Assembly: GCF_009914755.1 (NCBI RefSeq)
Contig: NC_060929.1
DNA: 64,000 bases
Direction: 5' to 3' (one strand)
From: the human T2T-CHM13v2.0 reference genome, Homo sapiens
Part shown: one piece after another, positions 37,001 through 53,420 of the stretch
Layout: the number at the start of each line of letters is the position of its first letter
Numbering within the stretch: the first letter of the stretch is position 1
Program-made: the position numbers and the translations under genes
Notes under the pieces: generated by a model
Told to the model about the DNA's origin: nothing
Databases searched by the model: none
Seen by the model: only the letters and a program-made list of their open reading frames with translations

Positions 37001-40000
37001 CCTCTATCCCGAAGGACTCATTCGGTGCTGTGTATTATTTAGGGCAACTCCAAGGTCTATTCAGAAAAACGAGTGAACCTTGGTCTCTTTCCCACCAAAT
37101 TGAGGAGTAACCCAGAGGGAGCAGCTGCCATTGGCAACCATCTCGTTGTAGCTCTGTCCTAGTGTTTGCTCTTGATGATGTTTACATGTGATCGCCATAA
37201 AGCTTGCTGTAGACTGTGTCGATAGCCGCCCGCACAGGGCAGGTCGTACTGTCCGTTTCTGTGCCGTGCTGGTGTTTTCCAAAAATGTCTGATCCAACCA
37301 CTAAGTGGAATTCTTCCATCTCCTTCCTCAGTCTGTACAAGGCTGAATCAGAATCCCCATTCTCGGGGGCTCTGGTTACCGAAGGAAAATGCATCAAAGA
37401 GTTAAAGAATATGAGTGGATGGAGTGCAGCTAAGGCCCCCACCCCCTGCTCCGTCACAACTTGCCCCCTCAACCAAAAAGCTGCTTTGAGTCAAAAAGCA
37501 CCCATAAGATACCTGCATCTGCCTTGAAATCTTGCAGCATGGAGTGTCATATGTACTCAGGAGAGAGGCAGGGCTTTGCGGGCAGGAGAAGGAAGGGAGG
37601 AATGCTCTGAGCTGCAAAGACCCAGTACTCAAGTTCTGACGCGGGAGGAGATGCAGTGAGACGTCTCTTGTTGCCTAAAGCCTGTTCCTGTTGGTTTTCT
37701 TAGAGTGATTTCTCCTAGACATGTGCAGTAGGCCCACTGGGGCTGCTGTGCAGTGGTGAGTAAAAGGGCAGGGAAGGCATGGACAGCCTGGTCCTTCTGC
37801 ATGGACAGCTCAGTCCATGGCCCATCCCAGGTATAGAGTTCAGTTAATCCCATTTGAGCCTGCAGCTTAAGAGATGGCTCATCCTAACTGTGAAGCAAAA
37901 TCAGCCCCAGAGGATGTATTGATCTGACTCACTGATGTCAAAATTGCAGTATTTTTTTAGCATTTGAGATTTAGCAGCTGCCTTCAGTTTGGGGTTACCC
38001 ACATCCCAGCATCAGATATGATTAAGGAAAGAAATTGGATGTACAACAGCAAAGAAAGTGAATGTCATGGTTTCCCTGGCCAAAGAAGAGGGACCCTGTC
38101 ATCCTTACCAATGGGGAAGAAGAAAACTAGTGCATGTGCAATATGTCAAAGTTAGTCCCCTAGTCCCTGAGGGGTTTTTACACACAGATGGGCTCCAGGT
38201 CTGCTCGTCAAGTTTGGAGGTACCGGGTAAATGGAGGGGAGCTGCAGAGTTGGAAACCCACATGCATGGATGTGTCCTTGGCCCAGAACCACCATGGGAT
38301 GGGGGAGGCCCTGAGCCGGCTACAAGACACCCAGGAAGTAGGCAAAGGCTGACTTTGCATTAAACAATAAAAGCACTTTGAGAAAACCCCAACACTTCAG
38401 CCTGGGTCCGTGTTTCTACACTGGAAAATACGAGTCTCCTTTGGCTGTGTGAAGTGATCTTCTAGAGACTGGGACAGGGAGTTTGGGAATGGGGCTGCTG
38501 TCAGGTAGGAGAGAGCAGAGATGCCTTTGGAGATGTCAGCAGCAGGAGAGCCAGTGCTGGGGCCAACCCTTTGCTGGCCTTTTGTTGGAAGCCCTTGAAA
38601 CAGGGAGCCATGGGTTTAGATCTTGGTACCTACCTTTACAGAAAGATGAAAACAGCCCAGCTGAGTGAAATGAGTTTGTAGAGTAAGTCACTTAACTGTA
38701 AGCCATCTCAGAATCAGAAACCCTAATGTTTCTTACTTGCTATGTGACCTTGGGCCCCTGTTTCCTCATCTACCAAATGAGAATGTTGAATATGAGCATT
38801 AAAGTCCCTTTCACCTCTGAGAGGCTCAGATCCCCAACCAGGAGCATTGGGAATCCATCACTCCTCCTTGAAACTGATTCCATTCTCTGACTTGACCCAG
38901 CTCCTGTTCAGGGTGAGGGTTCTCTGCAAGAACCAACCAGCAGTAGGTTCAATCCCACTGTGTCCTGGCTGAGTTGCCTTATCCAAGAAGACCAGCTCCC
39001 CGGGACAGATCTAAGCCATAGTTTCTAGTGGGGACAGTAAGGAATTAAACCCCCAACTTGGCTAGGTAACGATGTCAAATCTCACATTAACCTTGTCTTT
39101 GTCCCCACTGGATAGCTGTTAATCCGAATGTTGTGACCATTTGGCTGTTTCTCTCTTGTTCTCAGACAATACTAGCAATACACTTTTTTTTTTTTTTTTT
39201 AAAGAAAAACAGCTTAGGCGCTTTTCACACATTTCTTTCAAATGATTGTAAAACATATGGGGCAACAGGAGGCATTGATCGCGCTGCATATGTTTAGGGC
39301 AGCTTTTGTTTTTTGTTTCTTTAATGGTATAGCAGCAGTGACTGAGCCTTCGTGATTCCTGGGGACAGCTTTTCAGATACTCTGTTTCATCAGTATGCTT
39401 TGCACATCCGGAAGGAGTACAAAAATCCAACTGCCCAAATTTGGGGCTTGGAAAATAGGTTTTATAGGTGGTCGGTCCCTGGGCTGTGCAACAACTCCTC
39501 AAAGAGGGGTTTATATAACTAGAACCCCCCTGGGCTGTATTTTTGGTCAAAGGAGTCTCCAAGGCGGCTTACAAAAGCTTCCTTTTTCACTTGACCACCC
39601 TTGCTCATTGGTTACTTGTGAAGGGAATTGGTCAGTTTCCACCTCAGCACTTTGCCTTATCAACATGCGGTCGCCATCTAGTGGCCAAAGGTTGTCTCCA
39701 CCAGCTACCCAGATGGAAGGCAAATAAATCCTTTCGGCCACCCTGCTGTCCATCGTGAACTTTGGGAATGAAATATAATGGCCTGAACGAACTGCCTTTG
39801 TGTTCAGAGATCAGTGCAACACTAGGGTCAGAAGACTCCAGAAGCAGCCACTTAGTAGACTCTCACGCAGAACTGAGAAATGCACTAGCTGTCCTGTGGG
39901 CAGAAGAGACAGGAGTGGACCAGGAGAGGTCCAGGTGCCCGGGAAGGGTTTACTGTAACTGCAATACTGGCAGCCCAGCTGCTGACCTTGTTAAGTAAAC

Positions 40001-40805
40001 CTTTGCTGGGTGGTCCGAATTCTGCCCTCAAGGCAAGATAAGAAGTTGGGTGTAAGGATTTTGTGGGGGGCCTGGCCATGATCTTTGATATGATCCCCGA
40101 ATAGCCAAATAGTTTTTTTTGTTCAATTTTTTGTTTCTGTATTTTGTATTTTTAAAATCTTGTCAAATGTTTTTGTGTTAGGAATAAAAAGTCATAAACT
40201 ATTCCCAACTTTGTTTCTTGAGGGATGTTCTGATTCCAATGGAAACAGGTGGGAAATCTCAAGGGGAGCGTGGACAAGGTGGTATGTGCAGCAGGGGAAT
40301 AGACTGCTTGGATTTCCAAATGGTTTCTGGGGAAGATGACCATCCAGAAGTCCAGCTTAGTGCAGTCTGCTCTGGAATTCACACCCACCCCCTCGCCTCC
40401 TTGTGCCATGTTGTTAGCATTGGCTTGGAGCATCTGCTTCTTCCAGAGGCAGCTGCTAATGTTGAAACCAACACGAGCCCTCTCCCCAACCCCAGGTTTC
40501 TAAAGAAGGTGTCTGTAGCCAGCCTTAATCAACTGGGCAAGGTGGTCCCTATGGTCCTTTCCAGCATTTCCAAATCTTGGACTCAAATTATTTTCTCTTG
40601 GTGTGACCACACAGCCTAGAGAATTCTGAGCAATAGGAGCCAGGGCTTTCCCTGACTCTGCGACAGGGTCAAACCAAGGAATGGCTAAACCTGTGAGGTT
40701 TTGTCATCCCCGGGGGTACTACTGTAGGGGGCATTATTTATTAGGAAGCTTAACAAGGTAACTACGGCCTGAGTGCGTGAGTGTAAGGCTGTGTTTGTGG
40801 TGGGG

Positions 40806-40848
40806 GTGTGTGTGTGTGTATCTGTGCACACATACACACGTCTGTGCC

Positions 40849-40881
<33 letters not shown>
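40806..40881 (+). repeat. Interrupted (TG)n microsatellite in PPARGC1B 3'UTR
   Basis: gtgtgtgtgtgtgtatct...tgtgtgtgtgtgtgtgtgtg. Confidence 0.9.
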
Positions 40882-41446
40882 GGAATTACATTGATGCATT
40901 TATTGAGAAAGGTGCAAGAATTTCACCTACACAGAGGGACACATCTGCTTTGTTATTTATAATAGAAAGCTAAATTTTAATTTTTTAAAGGACACTGCTA
41001 ATGATTGAGAATCAAGTTTTTAGTTTTGCTATTTTTTTTAATTGGTAGAGGATTTTTATATATTTTTTCCATTTTGTTGGGTTGTGTCCTTATTTATATA
41101 AATACTTTATCCGTAAGAGGCAAGGAGGAAACCTTCTTTGCTTTTACATATTGTGGTTGTCATCGTCCCTATTTTATTTCTGGTGTGATTTCTCTGTCTT
41201 ACCTTCTAAATGAGAAAATGTTTTCTTGTATTTGTACATTGTCAGATTCTATAGTTTCCTAGATAATTTAACCAAATTGCTCTATGTATTATTATTCTGT
41301 GAGTATAAAGTTCTATTTTAATGTCTGTAAATACTTCAGAACTGGCTTCTTTTCTCAAACTCCCACTGTGGGGTTATTGTTTACATCACAGAAACTGTAG
41401 AATCTCTATGCTCATGTACTGTAAATAGTGAAGTGATCTGCTTATA

Positions 41447-41479
41447 AATAAACTTAACAAATACACTATGGAGATTAAA
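41447..41479 (+). terminator. Distal polyadenylation signals of PPARGC1B (AATAAA 41447-41452; ATTAAA 41474-41479)
   Basis: Hexamers with upstream UGUA motifs and downstream tgtgtgtttttcc. Confidence 0.75.
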
Positions 41480-41689
41480 AACAAAATACCACCCACAGCT
41501 TTGCCCATGTGTGTTTTTCCTTGTTGGTCCTGGGAGCTCATTGAGGGACACTCTGACCACTAAATGGGGAAGAGATTTCAGTTTTCAGCGTCACCTTCTC
41601 AGATAAGACCCCGGATGATGTCTGCTCCTCACCTCACCACACTTCTCCCTCCTTCAGAGCACTTTTCACAGTTCATAATATCCATTCGT

Positions 41690-41815
41690 GCCAGGCACAG
41701 GGGCTGAGGTGGGGGATCACTTGAGCCCAGGAGTTCAAGGCCAGCCTGGGCAACATAGTGAGACCCCCATCTCTGAAAAAGTAAAGTAAATAAAATATAA
41801 TAAATAAATAAAATA
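41690..41815 (+). mobile_element. Alu monomer (FLAM-like), partial
   Basis: GCTGAGGTGGGGGATCACTTGAGCCCAGGAGTTCAAG plus A-rich tail. Confidence 0.8.
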
Positions 41816-42293
41816 ACCATTCAGACTCATCTCACATAACAGCTGTTCCATGAACGACTTTTTGCCCTGACTTTTATAAAGCTATACCACTTTCTGAACA
41901 AAGACTTCCTTGTTTTGGTATATCAACTTTCACATAAGCACATTGAATAAATGCACTGTAGGAGGTATTTTGGCATTGTGGTTCCAGGCAAAACACTCAT
42001 CAATTTGTAATTACAAAATGGTTTCTGGTCAGAGGATCTCATAGAGAGCAGGCCTGCATTGTGTGCGGTAATTGAATGAGCTCAGAACATTTTCCTTTGT
42101 GTACTTCCAGCAAGTAGGGTGAGGAAGTGGCATCTTCCAAGACTCTCAGTTGCGTGCCTGTGTGTTATTTCCTCACGTCTCAAAGGGGTTAGCCTGTATT
42201 TTGCCCTAAAGCTGTTTTTTGTGCTTTAACTTTATTTTTAAATGCCAGACACCCATAAGCCCCAAAGGGTTGAAACACTGGCAAAGAGAATTA

Positions 42294-42606
<313 letters not shown>

Positions 42607-43246
42607 GAACAGGTGCAATGAATGATTACATTTTATGTTATGTGCAAACTATTTTCAGGTTGCTATTTATTACATAAACTCATACAAACTCATACATATA
42701 TTCTCCTTGTTCAGGTGATTTATTTTCCCCATCTGTAAAGATTGTTTGGATTTCTTTGATTGCAAGGGAACACATCATGATTTTTTCCCATTAAAATTAA
42801 TAGGAACGTTTCCACTTAGGGGCAGAGTTCTCTGGTGTGATGAGAATATGTGTGTGATTGAGGGCTCAGTACCTGTTGCCCATCTGTTGTAAGCTTCAGG
42901 AGAACAGGCCTGCCTTTCCGTTCACTGCAGGGCACTGGCCCCATCAGTCAGGAATTCCTGAGTAGATCCTACCCGTAGTGCAAGGAATAGGATGGCAGAT
43001 GCAGAGCCTCAAGACCTGCCTTTGGGACCCATCTCTGCCACTTCTGTATTGTGTGAATTGGGCAGACCACCTCCTTGGTCCCTGGTTTTCCCAAATATGA
43101 AACAATTTGCTTAGCTGAACTCAAAGGTCCTTTATGTTCTTATGTTCTTTAAAAACAACAATAAAACCTGATTTGCAGAAGCAGTATGGTACAAGGAAAA
43201 TGCTTACAAGCTGGGGTTCTGGGGTTCTGGTGTCAAGCTGCTTGGC

Positions 43247-43547
<301 letters not shown>

Positions 43548-44445
43548 TAAGCTGCTTGGCTTTGAAACTTGGCTCTACCGCTTATCAGCTAGGTGTCCTC
43601 GGGCAGGTTTTCTAACCTCTCTAAGTCTGCTCCTCACCATGTGATAAATGGAGCTAGTAACAGTTTCTCCCTTGGAGTATTGTTGTTAGGATGAAATTAG
43701 ATCGTGCACAGTACCTAGGACATGGTAAGTACTTAATCAGCATCAGCTGTGATCCTCATTCAGCTCAGTCTCATTTGGTGCTAACCATAGTCCTCTGAGA
43801 GAGGCACTGCAAGGATCTTGACCTTTTTTTGACAGATTGGGAAGGCTGGGAAGTGGAGCAGAAGGAACCTGCCGAAGGGACTCAGAAACATGGCAGCAGA
43901 GTCAGGACCAGCAACATCAATGCCCGTGTGTTCCTGAGTGACACTTATTTCTCCTTGCTACTCTGCCATGTAACCACCAAACGTGATGTTCTTAGGACAG
44001 GCCTCTGCTTAAAGACCACTGCTATCAGGGTGTGCATTGCAGCAGGGCAGAACATCTAGTTTGGGAGTTTAAAGATGCAAGTTCCAGACCCAGTTCTCTA
44101 TTGACATCACCACCTGCAAACATGAGCAGGGCCCATGCGTCAGGAGCCCAGATTGATCTACTGTGGAGGCCACCAGGATGTGGCTGCCCTGTACACTATG
44201 TTCTCTGTGATCCTGGGCATCTCCTGGAGGGAAGCCAGGGAACTGTGCCAGGAACTTGGCCCAGCCCCGTCTTCTCACTGGCCTTCAATTTCCTCATGTG
44301 TCTAAAAAGAGAGATTACAGTAGATGAGTGGTTTACCGTTTGGGGAAACCATGTGGCTCCCTCTCCTCAAAGCAACTGTTTTAATATATTAGTTTCTGCA
44401 TAACATTCAGTGTGGAAGGAAGAAAAGTTCTAGAGCTAATGTCCA

Positions 44446-44451
44446 TTTATT
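44446..44451 (-). terminator. Probable PDE6A polyadenylation signal
   Basis: AATAAA on the minus strand followed by a U-rich downstream stretch. Confidence 0.6.
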
Positions 44452-44967
44452 AGAATGAGACAGAGGAATGTGTTACATGCGGCCACAAAGAAACAAACAG
44501 ATAAATACAGAATGTGGGAAAACTGACTCTGTTTCTGCAAGGTGATGACAATGGAAAAAAGGAAGGAGTACTTTGTAGATTAAAAGAGACTTCAGAAACT
44601 TAACCATGGCTATGTGAGGTGATGGATATATTAATTAGCTTAATTATGGTAACCATTTCACAATGTATATCAAAACATCACAGTGTATACCTTAAATATG
44701 TATACTTTTTATTTGCTAATTATACCTCCATAAAGCTGGTGGTGGGGGGGGAACGATAGAGAAGGAAAAAAAATCAAGATTTGGACAAGTGTAACAAATT
44801 GACTTGCAAATTTTTAGCATGTTATTGTCATTTTCAACTTCTGGTTTATTTGTGCTGTTTTCAACATCAGTTACTATGGTATGAATGCTGATCAGGCCAG
44901 TGCATTCCGCTAGGTATTGCATACTTGCCAGAACATACTTAGATTCGGTTTAAAAGAAATAAGTCCT

Positions 44968-45632
<665 letters not shown>

Positions 45633-45859
45633 TAATTTAAGAAACAGAAGTTCTGGAATTGAGAATAATCTGACTTAATTTATACTCTGTGAAATCAATG
45701 AAAAATCCAAGAATAAAAAGTACATCTTCTTTTTTCTAAAAACCAACAAAAAGAAACAACTAAATTCAATATGTGAATTTGTTTGGATCAGATTCAGGCA
45801 AGCCAACCATTGAAAACGTTCATGAGAATGAAGGAAGGTTGATTAAGGGCTGGCATCAC

Positions 45860-46260
45860 AAGTTGGGTGTCCCAGAAAGCAGACTCTAAAATGGACTTAG
45901 TCTGCAGGATGCTTATTAAGCAGTGCCCTGGGGACCGATGCTTGGGGAAGGGAAGGAAATAGGAGTGGGCAGAGGGAGAAGTCGAGTTGGGATGTGAGCC
46001 CAGTGACAGCCTTAGTGGACCCCACGAGGAGTCGTGGAGCTGGAACAGCCCTGCACAGTTATCCCATGCTCAGCCAAGATGGCCAGGCCTCTCCACCTGG
46101 CATGGATCAGTCATTGGGTGTAGGCCACCCTGGGGAAGGCTGCAGTAACACCTGATGGGGTTGATACTAAGGGTCTGTCAACAGCACTCAAAGCTGGTGG
46201 GGTCCCAAGTCCTTTGCTGAAGCTTGGGGTCTGTGCAGCCCATCAAAGCATAGATCACAG
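45860..46260. mobile_element. ERVL-type solo LTR fragment
   Basis: gggtgtcccagaaagcagactct...gcttattaagcagtgccctgggga resembles ERVL LTRs; subfamily uncertain. Confidence 0.55.
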
Positions 46261-46377
46261 CTGGGTATTAGGCAGGCATTGGTTGCATGGGCCAGTGATG
46301 TGGTTATGTTAGAAAACATACTTATTTCTTTAAAGATGAGATAGTAGAGGTGTGAAATGATATGTTTGGGATTTGCC

Positions 46378-46665
46378 TTTTCTTTTGCTTTTGTTTGAGT
46401 CAGAGTCTCGCTCGGTCGCCCAAGCTGGAGTGCAGTAGCATGATCTCAGCTCACTGCAACTTCCGCCTCCTGGGTTCAAGAGATCCTCTCACCTCTGCCT
46501 CCCAGGTAGCTGAGACTACAGGTGAGTGCTAATTTTTGTATTTTTTGTAGAGACAGGGTTTTGCCATTTTGCCCAGGTTGGTCTCAGACTCCTGGGCTCA
46601 TGCAGTCTGCCCGCCTCAGCCTCCTGAAGTGCTGGGATTACAGGTGTGAGCCACCACGCCTGGCC
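46378..46665 (-). mobile_element. Alu (J-like)
   Basis: Antisense dimer. Confidence 0.88.
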
Positions 46666-47011
46666 AGGATTTGCCTTTAAACACTTCAGGTAAGAAAAAA
46701 AATTGAAAAGAAAATGTAAAAAGGACAGACGAAATGCATGTAGCAAAATCTTGATATTGGGATCTGGGTGATGGGTATGTGGGGATTCAACGTACAATTC
46801 TCTACTTTTGAAAATGATTGAAAATTTTTACAATACATTAACTGAAAGTATAAGAACAAAAATGATTCTAAGCAAGCCAGTGAATCTGGCATTAATTAAA
46901 TGTAATTAAATGTTTAACTGATGTCTATGAAAGCTAGAATATTGGTTTTAGCTCAATAGGCAGTTCTCAAGACTAAAAGAATGTTTAAAAGCCACTGGAT
47001 AAGGTATAAGC

Positions 47012-47237
47012 CAAGCTTGTTCAACCCACGGCCCGTGGGCCACATGCAGCCCAGGACGGCTTTGAATGCGGCCCAACACAAATTCATAAACTTTCTTAAA
47101 ACATTATGAAATTTTTTTTTTTGGCGATTTTTTTTTTTTAAGTTCAACAGCTATCATTAGTGTTACTGTATTTTATGTGTGACCCAAGACAATTCTTCCA
47201 ATGTGGCCCAGGGAAGCCAAAAGATTGAACAGTCCTG
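47012..47237 (-). mobile_element. MER30-like hAT DNA transposon
   Basis: caagcttgttcaaccc...tttgaatgcggcccaacacaaattc...gggaagccaaaagattg. Confidence 0.8.
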
Positions 47238-47369
47238 GAAGCTAAATTCTCTAACAGCTTTCAAATCCTATGACTCTTCTACTTCTCAAGGTGTGTGGTC
47301 TTCCACTGGCTTGAGTCATCTCTTCCCAGGAAAGGGTGGTGCCGTCCAGCCAGCACATCCCCAGTGGTG

Positions 47370-47546
<177 letters not shown>

Positions 47547-47842
47547 TCAGTGGCCAACAGATAACAACACATGCAGAAGGCAAACCAGGTGTGAGGAGAA
47601 TCACGGAAACAGAACATTTCTCTAAGAAAAATAGCAGCACGAGGATGATGATAAGTGAGAACCAGTACTCGGCACCAACGTCTGGGAGACCAGGGGAGCT
47701 GTGAACATGACAAACTAGAGACAGCCTCTGTCTCATCTAAAGGGGGCAGTTGCCACTCGGCTTCAGCCAATTGTTGTCATGCAAAAATGATAGACTGGTG
47801 TGGCCAGATCTTACCTTTTTACTCTTTTAGAAAGAAAAGCTG

Positions 47843-48169
<327 letters not shown>

Positions 48170-48860
48170 TTAAATATTCCAATTTTAAAATGTGGCCCAA
48201 AAATTCACATTTAAAAAAATGTTGGTACTGATTCTCTAGCTATAAGAAAAAAAAGAAGGAGAAAAAAATGTAAGCCAAATCTGTATTTTTTTATCTGAAG
48301 GCCACAAATTTGCACTGATTTACTACTTGCCCAAAAGACAATTTGTACAAATTAGAAAAATGCACTTATTTCCCAGGATACCTCACTGCCATTTTTCTGG
48401 AAAATCAAAATAGCTATACACATCTGTGATGTACAGGACACTCCCCGGAGTTGTGCAAAGCATAAACTACAAAACTCTAAGTGGCCCCTACATTTGCAGC
48501 TGCCCATTTAGAATCAACCCACGCTGCCCAGAGCAGAGCTGAGGCCCTGACATTTTCCATGTGTAAGAGCCATGGGTGAAGAGGGATGGGTGTGCAAAGG
48601 AGGGCAGTCAGGGTGAGGGAGGGACAAGATGCCATGTCCTGTGAGGAAACAGATCACACAATCAGTAAAAGAAATGACTTGGGGGAGGGGCAGTGCTGTC
48701 AGTAGTAAAGAGTTAGAACAAACAAATCCCATTTGATTCTGAAGGCAGAACCATGACCACTAAGTGGAAGCTTCAACAAGGAACAATTTGAGTTCTAGGA
48801 AGACCTTTCTAATAGTGGTACTGAATGAGGATGTCATATAAGATAGTGAGACCTCTGTCA

Positions 48861-49274
<414 letters not shown>

Positions 49275-49593
49275 TTATAGATCTTCTCCTTTGTCCCAGG
49301 GTAGGGACATATGTCCACAGCCCTAAAATCAGAGTCTGTGCTATGTTGGTTGCCGGGGCACTTGCTGGGAGGCCTGGATCGTTCCTCAGCCTCAATCTTG
49401 GGAACCGGGCTCTGTCTCTTACTGTGTGACTTGGTCTCTTCCAGCCTTGGTGCTCTCACACACAGAATGGGGACAGTATTGGCCATCAGGAGGCCTGAAT
49501 GAGACTCCGTGTAAGAGTCTCTGAGGCAGGACGCAGACACTGAGTGCTCAGGGAGTGGGGTGGTGGGAGTCCCTGCTTCCCCCTTCCACAAAC

Positions 49594-49741
49594 CTGACTT
49601 GGCCGACTGCTGTTTCTGCTTCTTCTCCTCCTGCACCTTCATCTTGGCATCGTACTCATCAGCAAGCGCCTTCCACTCCTTGCGATTGTTGGTGATCCCG
49701 TCCAACATTGGGGTGATCTCCTCGTGGAAACGGGAGAATTC
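49594..49741 (-). CDS. PDE6A: PDE6A exon 21 ([49 protein letters not shown])
   Basis: ttctag acceptor, gtttgt donor; 148 nt; end of PDE6 catalytic domain. Confidence 0.96.
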
Positions 49742-49993
49742 CTAGAAGAGAGAGTATGTGCCTCTGGTGCAAGGGCCAGGCCACAGGGTCTGGGCTCAAG
49801 CGGGTGGCACAGCTGGAAACGTCCAACACTGGAATGAGCTGCTTCGGAGTAGCAGGCCTCCCGCCACCGTGCTGATACTGCAGGGCCTCCGGTCTACACC
49901 AGCCCATGCCTCACCTGCTTAGAAGCCTCCTGTGGCGCCCCTGTCCTTCAGCATGAAGTGAAAACCCCTTACTATGGCTTTCAAACTCCATGA

Positions 49994-50399
<406 letters not shown>

Positions 50400-50696
50400 A
50401 AGCTGTTCACTTTGCTGGAACACTCTAACCTCCCGTTTTCTTCCTTGAGGCCTCCACTTATATGTCACTTCCTCCAAGAAGCCTCTTCTGGCCCCCTAGT
50501 GGAGTCCCCCATTGGAAGCTCCCAAAGCCCTCTCTTACCACATCTTGCTTCCTTGTCATGACTCCCTTTGCTTGTCTCCCCGAGAGGCTGAGAACCTGGA
50601 GAGGGCAGGGACATTGGCAGCCTCATTCCCTGGGGTGGCCCTGGCCTAGCACAAGGTCTGGGACACAAGGATACTCAGTAAATATTTTCTGAGTGA

Positions 50697-51020
<324 letters not shown>

Positions 51021-51399
51021 TAAAGGCTCTTACAGCTCTTTGAGCATAGCACATTATACTTTATGAGCAATTTATCTCCTCTGGTCCTCAAATTCCTGTG
51101 AGGTAGGAAAATAAGATTCATCACTTCTACATCTTTAGGTAAGGAAATTGAGATGCAGATTGATGGAGTGGATTTGCCCAATATAAGAACAGCAAATCCA
51201 CGGCCCGCTGTGAAGTGCCAGAGCCGACTGTGTTCAGAGATGCCTGGGTTCCGGTCCAGGCTCTGCCACAAACTGCGATCTTGGGCGGGTCACTACCAGA
51301 GCTTACCTTCAGCCATTAAATCAGGACAGTAATAATACCTACCCCACAGTGTGGTTTTGATAACATATATAAAGCACTTAGCCCAGTCTCCCTTATTTA

Positions 51400-51900
<501 letters not shown>

Positions 51901-52572
51901 CAGCAAAAAACTCATGTCCTCAATGAAAAAAAAGAAATATTACTGATGATAGTGGCAAGCATCAGCCACTGTGTCCCGTGGGTCAGAGCACCCCAGTTAG
52001 TCTGAGTTGTATCTCAGATGCTCTTGTTGCCTTCTAGAAAATTTGCACTTCTTCCTAGCAAAGGGCTGCAGCTCACACAGCATAAAGAGAACTGGGCTAA
52101 ATCCTGCCTTATGGCTAAGTCCAGTGACACTGGCCCTGTCACTTTGCATCTCTGACTTTTGTCTTCTCATGTGTAACATGGCCAAAATAAAAATTAAAAG
52201 TCAGAGGTGGATGGTGGCACAGATTAACAGAAAGTTGGGAGCAATGGGTTTCTCAAGAGGGAGACCAACTTTGAATAAGAGCTCAAAGAGAAAGTCCAGA
52301 TTATCTTTTCACAATTACTTTTGGCCTATGATGTTTCCACCAGCTAGGGAACTTAGAAGGACATATGTCTACTATGTTTCCCCTTCCTCTGTGAATCCAT
52401 GCTTAGTCATTTGCCCCACAATTATGTATTAAGCAACTAGGATGTACCGTACGCTGGAGCCTGGAGCTGCAATCACATGAGACCCATAGAGCTGTCCTGA
52501 GAATCGAATGCCATTAGAGATGAGAAGCGCTTTGTAAAGTATCACCCACTGGTCACCTGCTAGGGTTTATTA

Positions 52573-52731
<159 letters not shown>

Positions 52732-52789
52732 TCATGGGGGAGAAAGAGTTAATTGCACTGGACAGTAAGAGAAACCTACCCTATCTATG

Positions 52790-53420
52790 AAGCATTCTTA
52801 CTAAAATCAAACTGTAAACTCATCATGTTTCCAGACCTGATGAGCATTTTGCAGGAAATAGGAGAATAGAGAAACATGTTAAAGAACACCATGAGGGTGT
52901 AACCAACCAAATCCAGAATGTGGGAAACTGCACAAAAAAAAAGACACACTGTCTTCAGCAAATAAATGGCATACCAGAAAAAGGCCAGAGGGTGGGAGGG
53001 ATGGCAGGGCCTGCTACAGATTAAAAGAGACTTAAGAGACATTAAAACCAGAGGCAGTATGCTCCTTGATTAGATCCTGATTTGAACAAATCAACTGAAT
53101 TCTCTTTCTTAATCAAGAAAAATGAACAGAAATTGGGGATTAGATGATACTGAAGTATATGACTTTTGTGAGTGTGTTAATGGTATTATGGTTGTGTTTA
53201 TGATTTTGTCCATATGAAGCTCTTGTCTCATAGAGATACGTACTAAAGTATTTATGGAAGAGATTATAGTGGCTGAGATTTACTTTAAAATACTGCAACC
53301 AAAAGCAAAAAAATGCACTGGAAGGAATTGATAAAACAAGAATGGCAGACTGCTGCTAATTGTTGGCTGTAGCTGATGGGCACTAGAGTTCACTGACTAT
53401 TCTCAATATATTTGAAAATA
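52790..53420 (+). mobile_element. Ancient L1 (L1ME3-like) 3' fragment
   Basis: ccaaatccagaatgtgggaaact...agattaaaagagacttaagagaca...gatcctgatttgaacaaa. Confidence 0.7.

Larger units (their letters stand above)
34034..41497 (+). other. PPARGC1B: PPARGC1B long 3'UTR (3' end approximate)
   Basis: Follows the stop; AU-rich terminal block; AATAAA 41447 and ATTAAA 41474 followed by a GU/U-rich downstream element. Confidence 0.75.

Noticed and set aside
44716-44922. Minus-strand ORF starting MQYLAEC, reminiscent of EYLAEC in bornavirus nucleoprotein (possible EBLN)
   Set aside because: Only a 5-residue match from memory; stop ~10 codons upstream; antisense to the apparent poly(A) orientation of the insert. 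A tBLASTn against bornavirus N would settle it.
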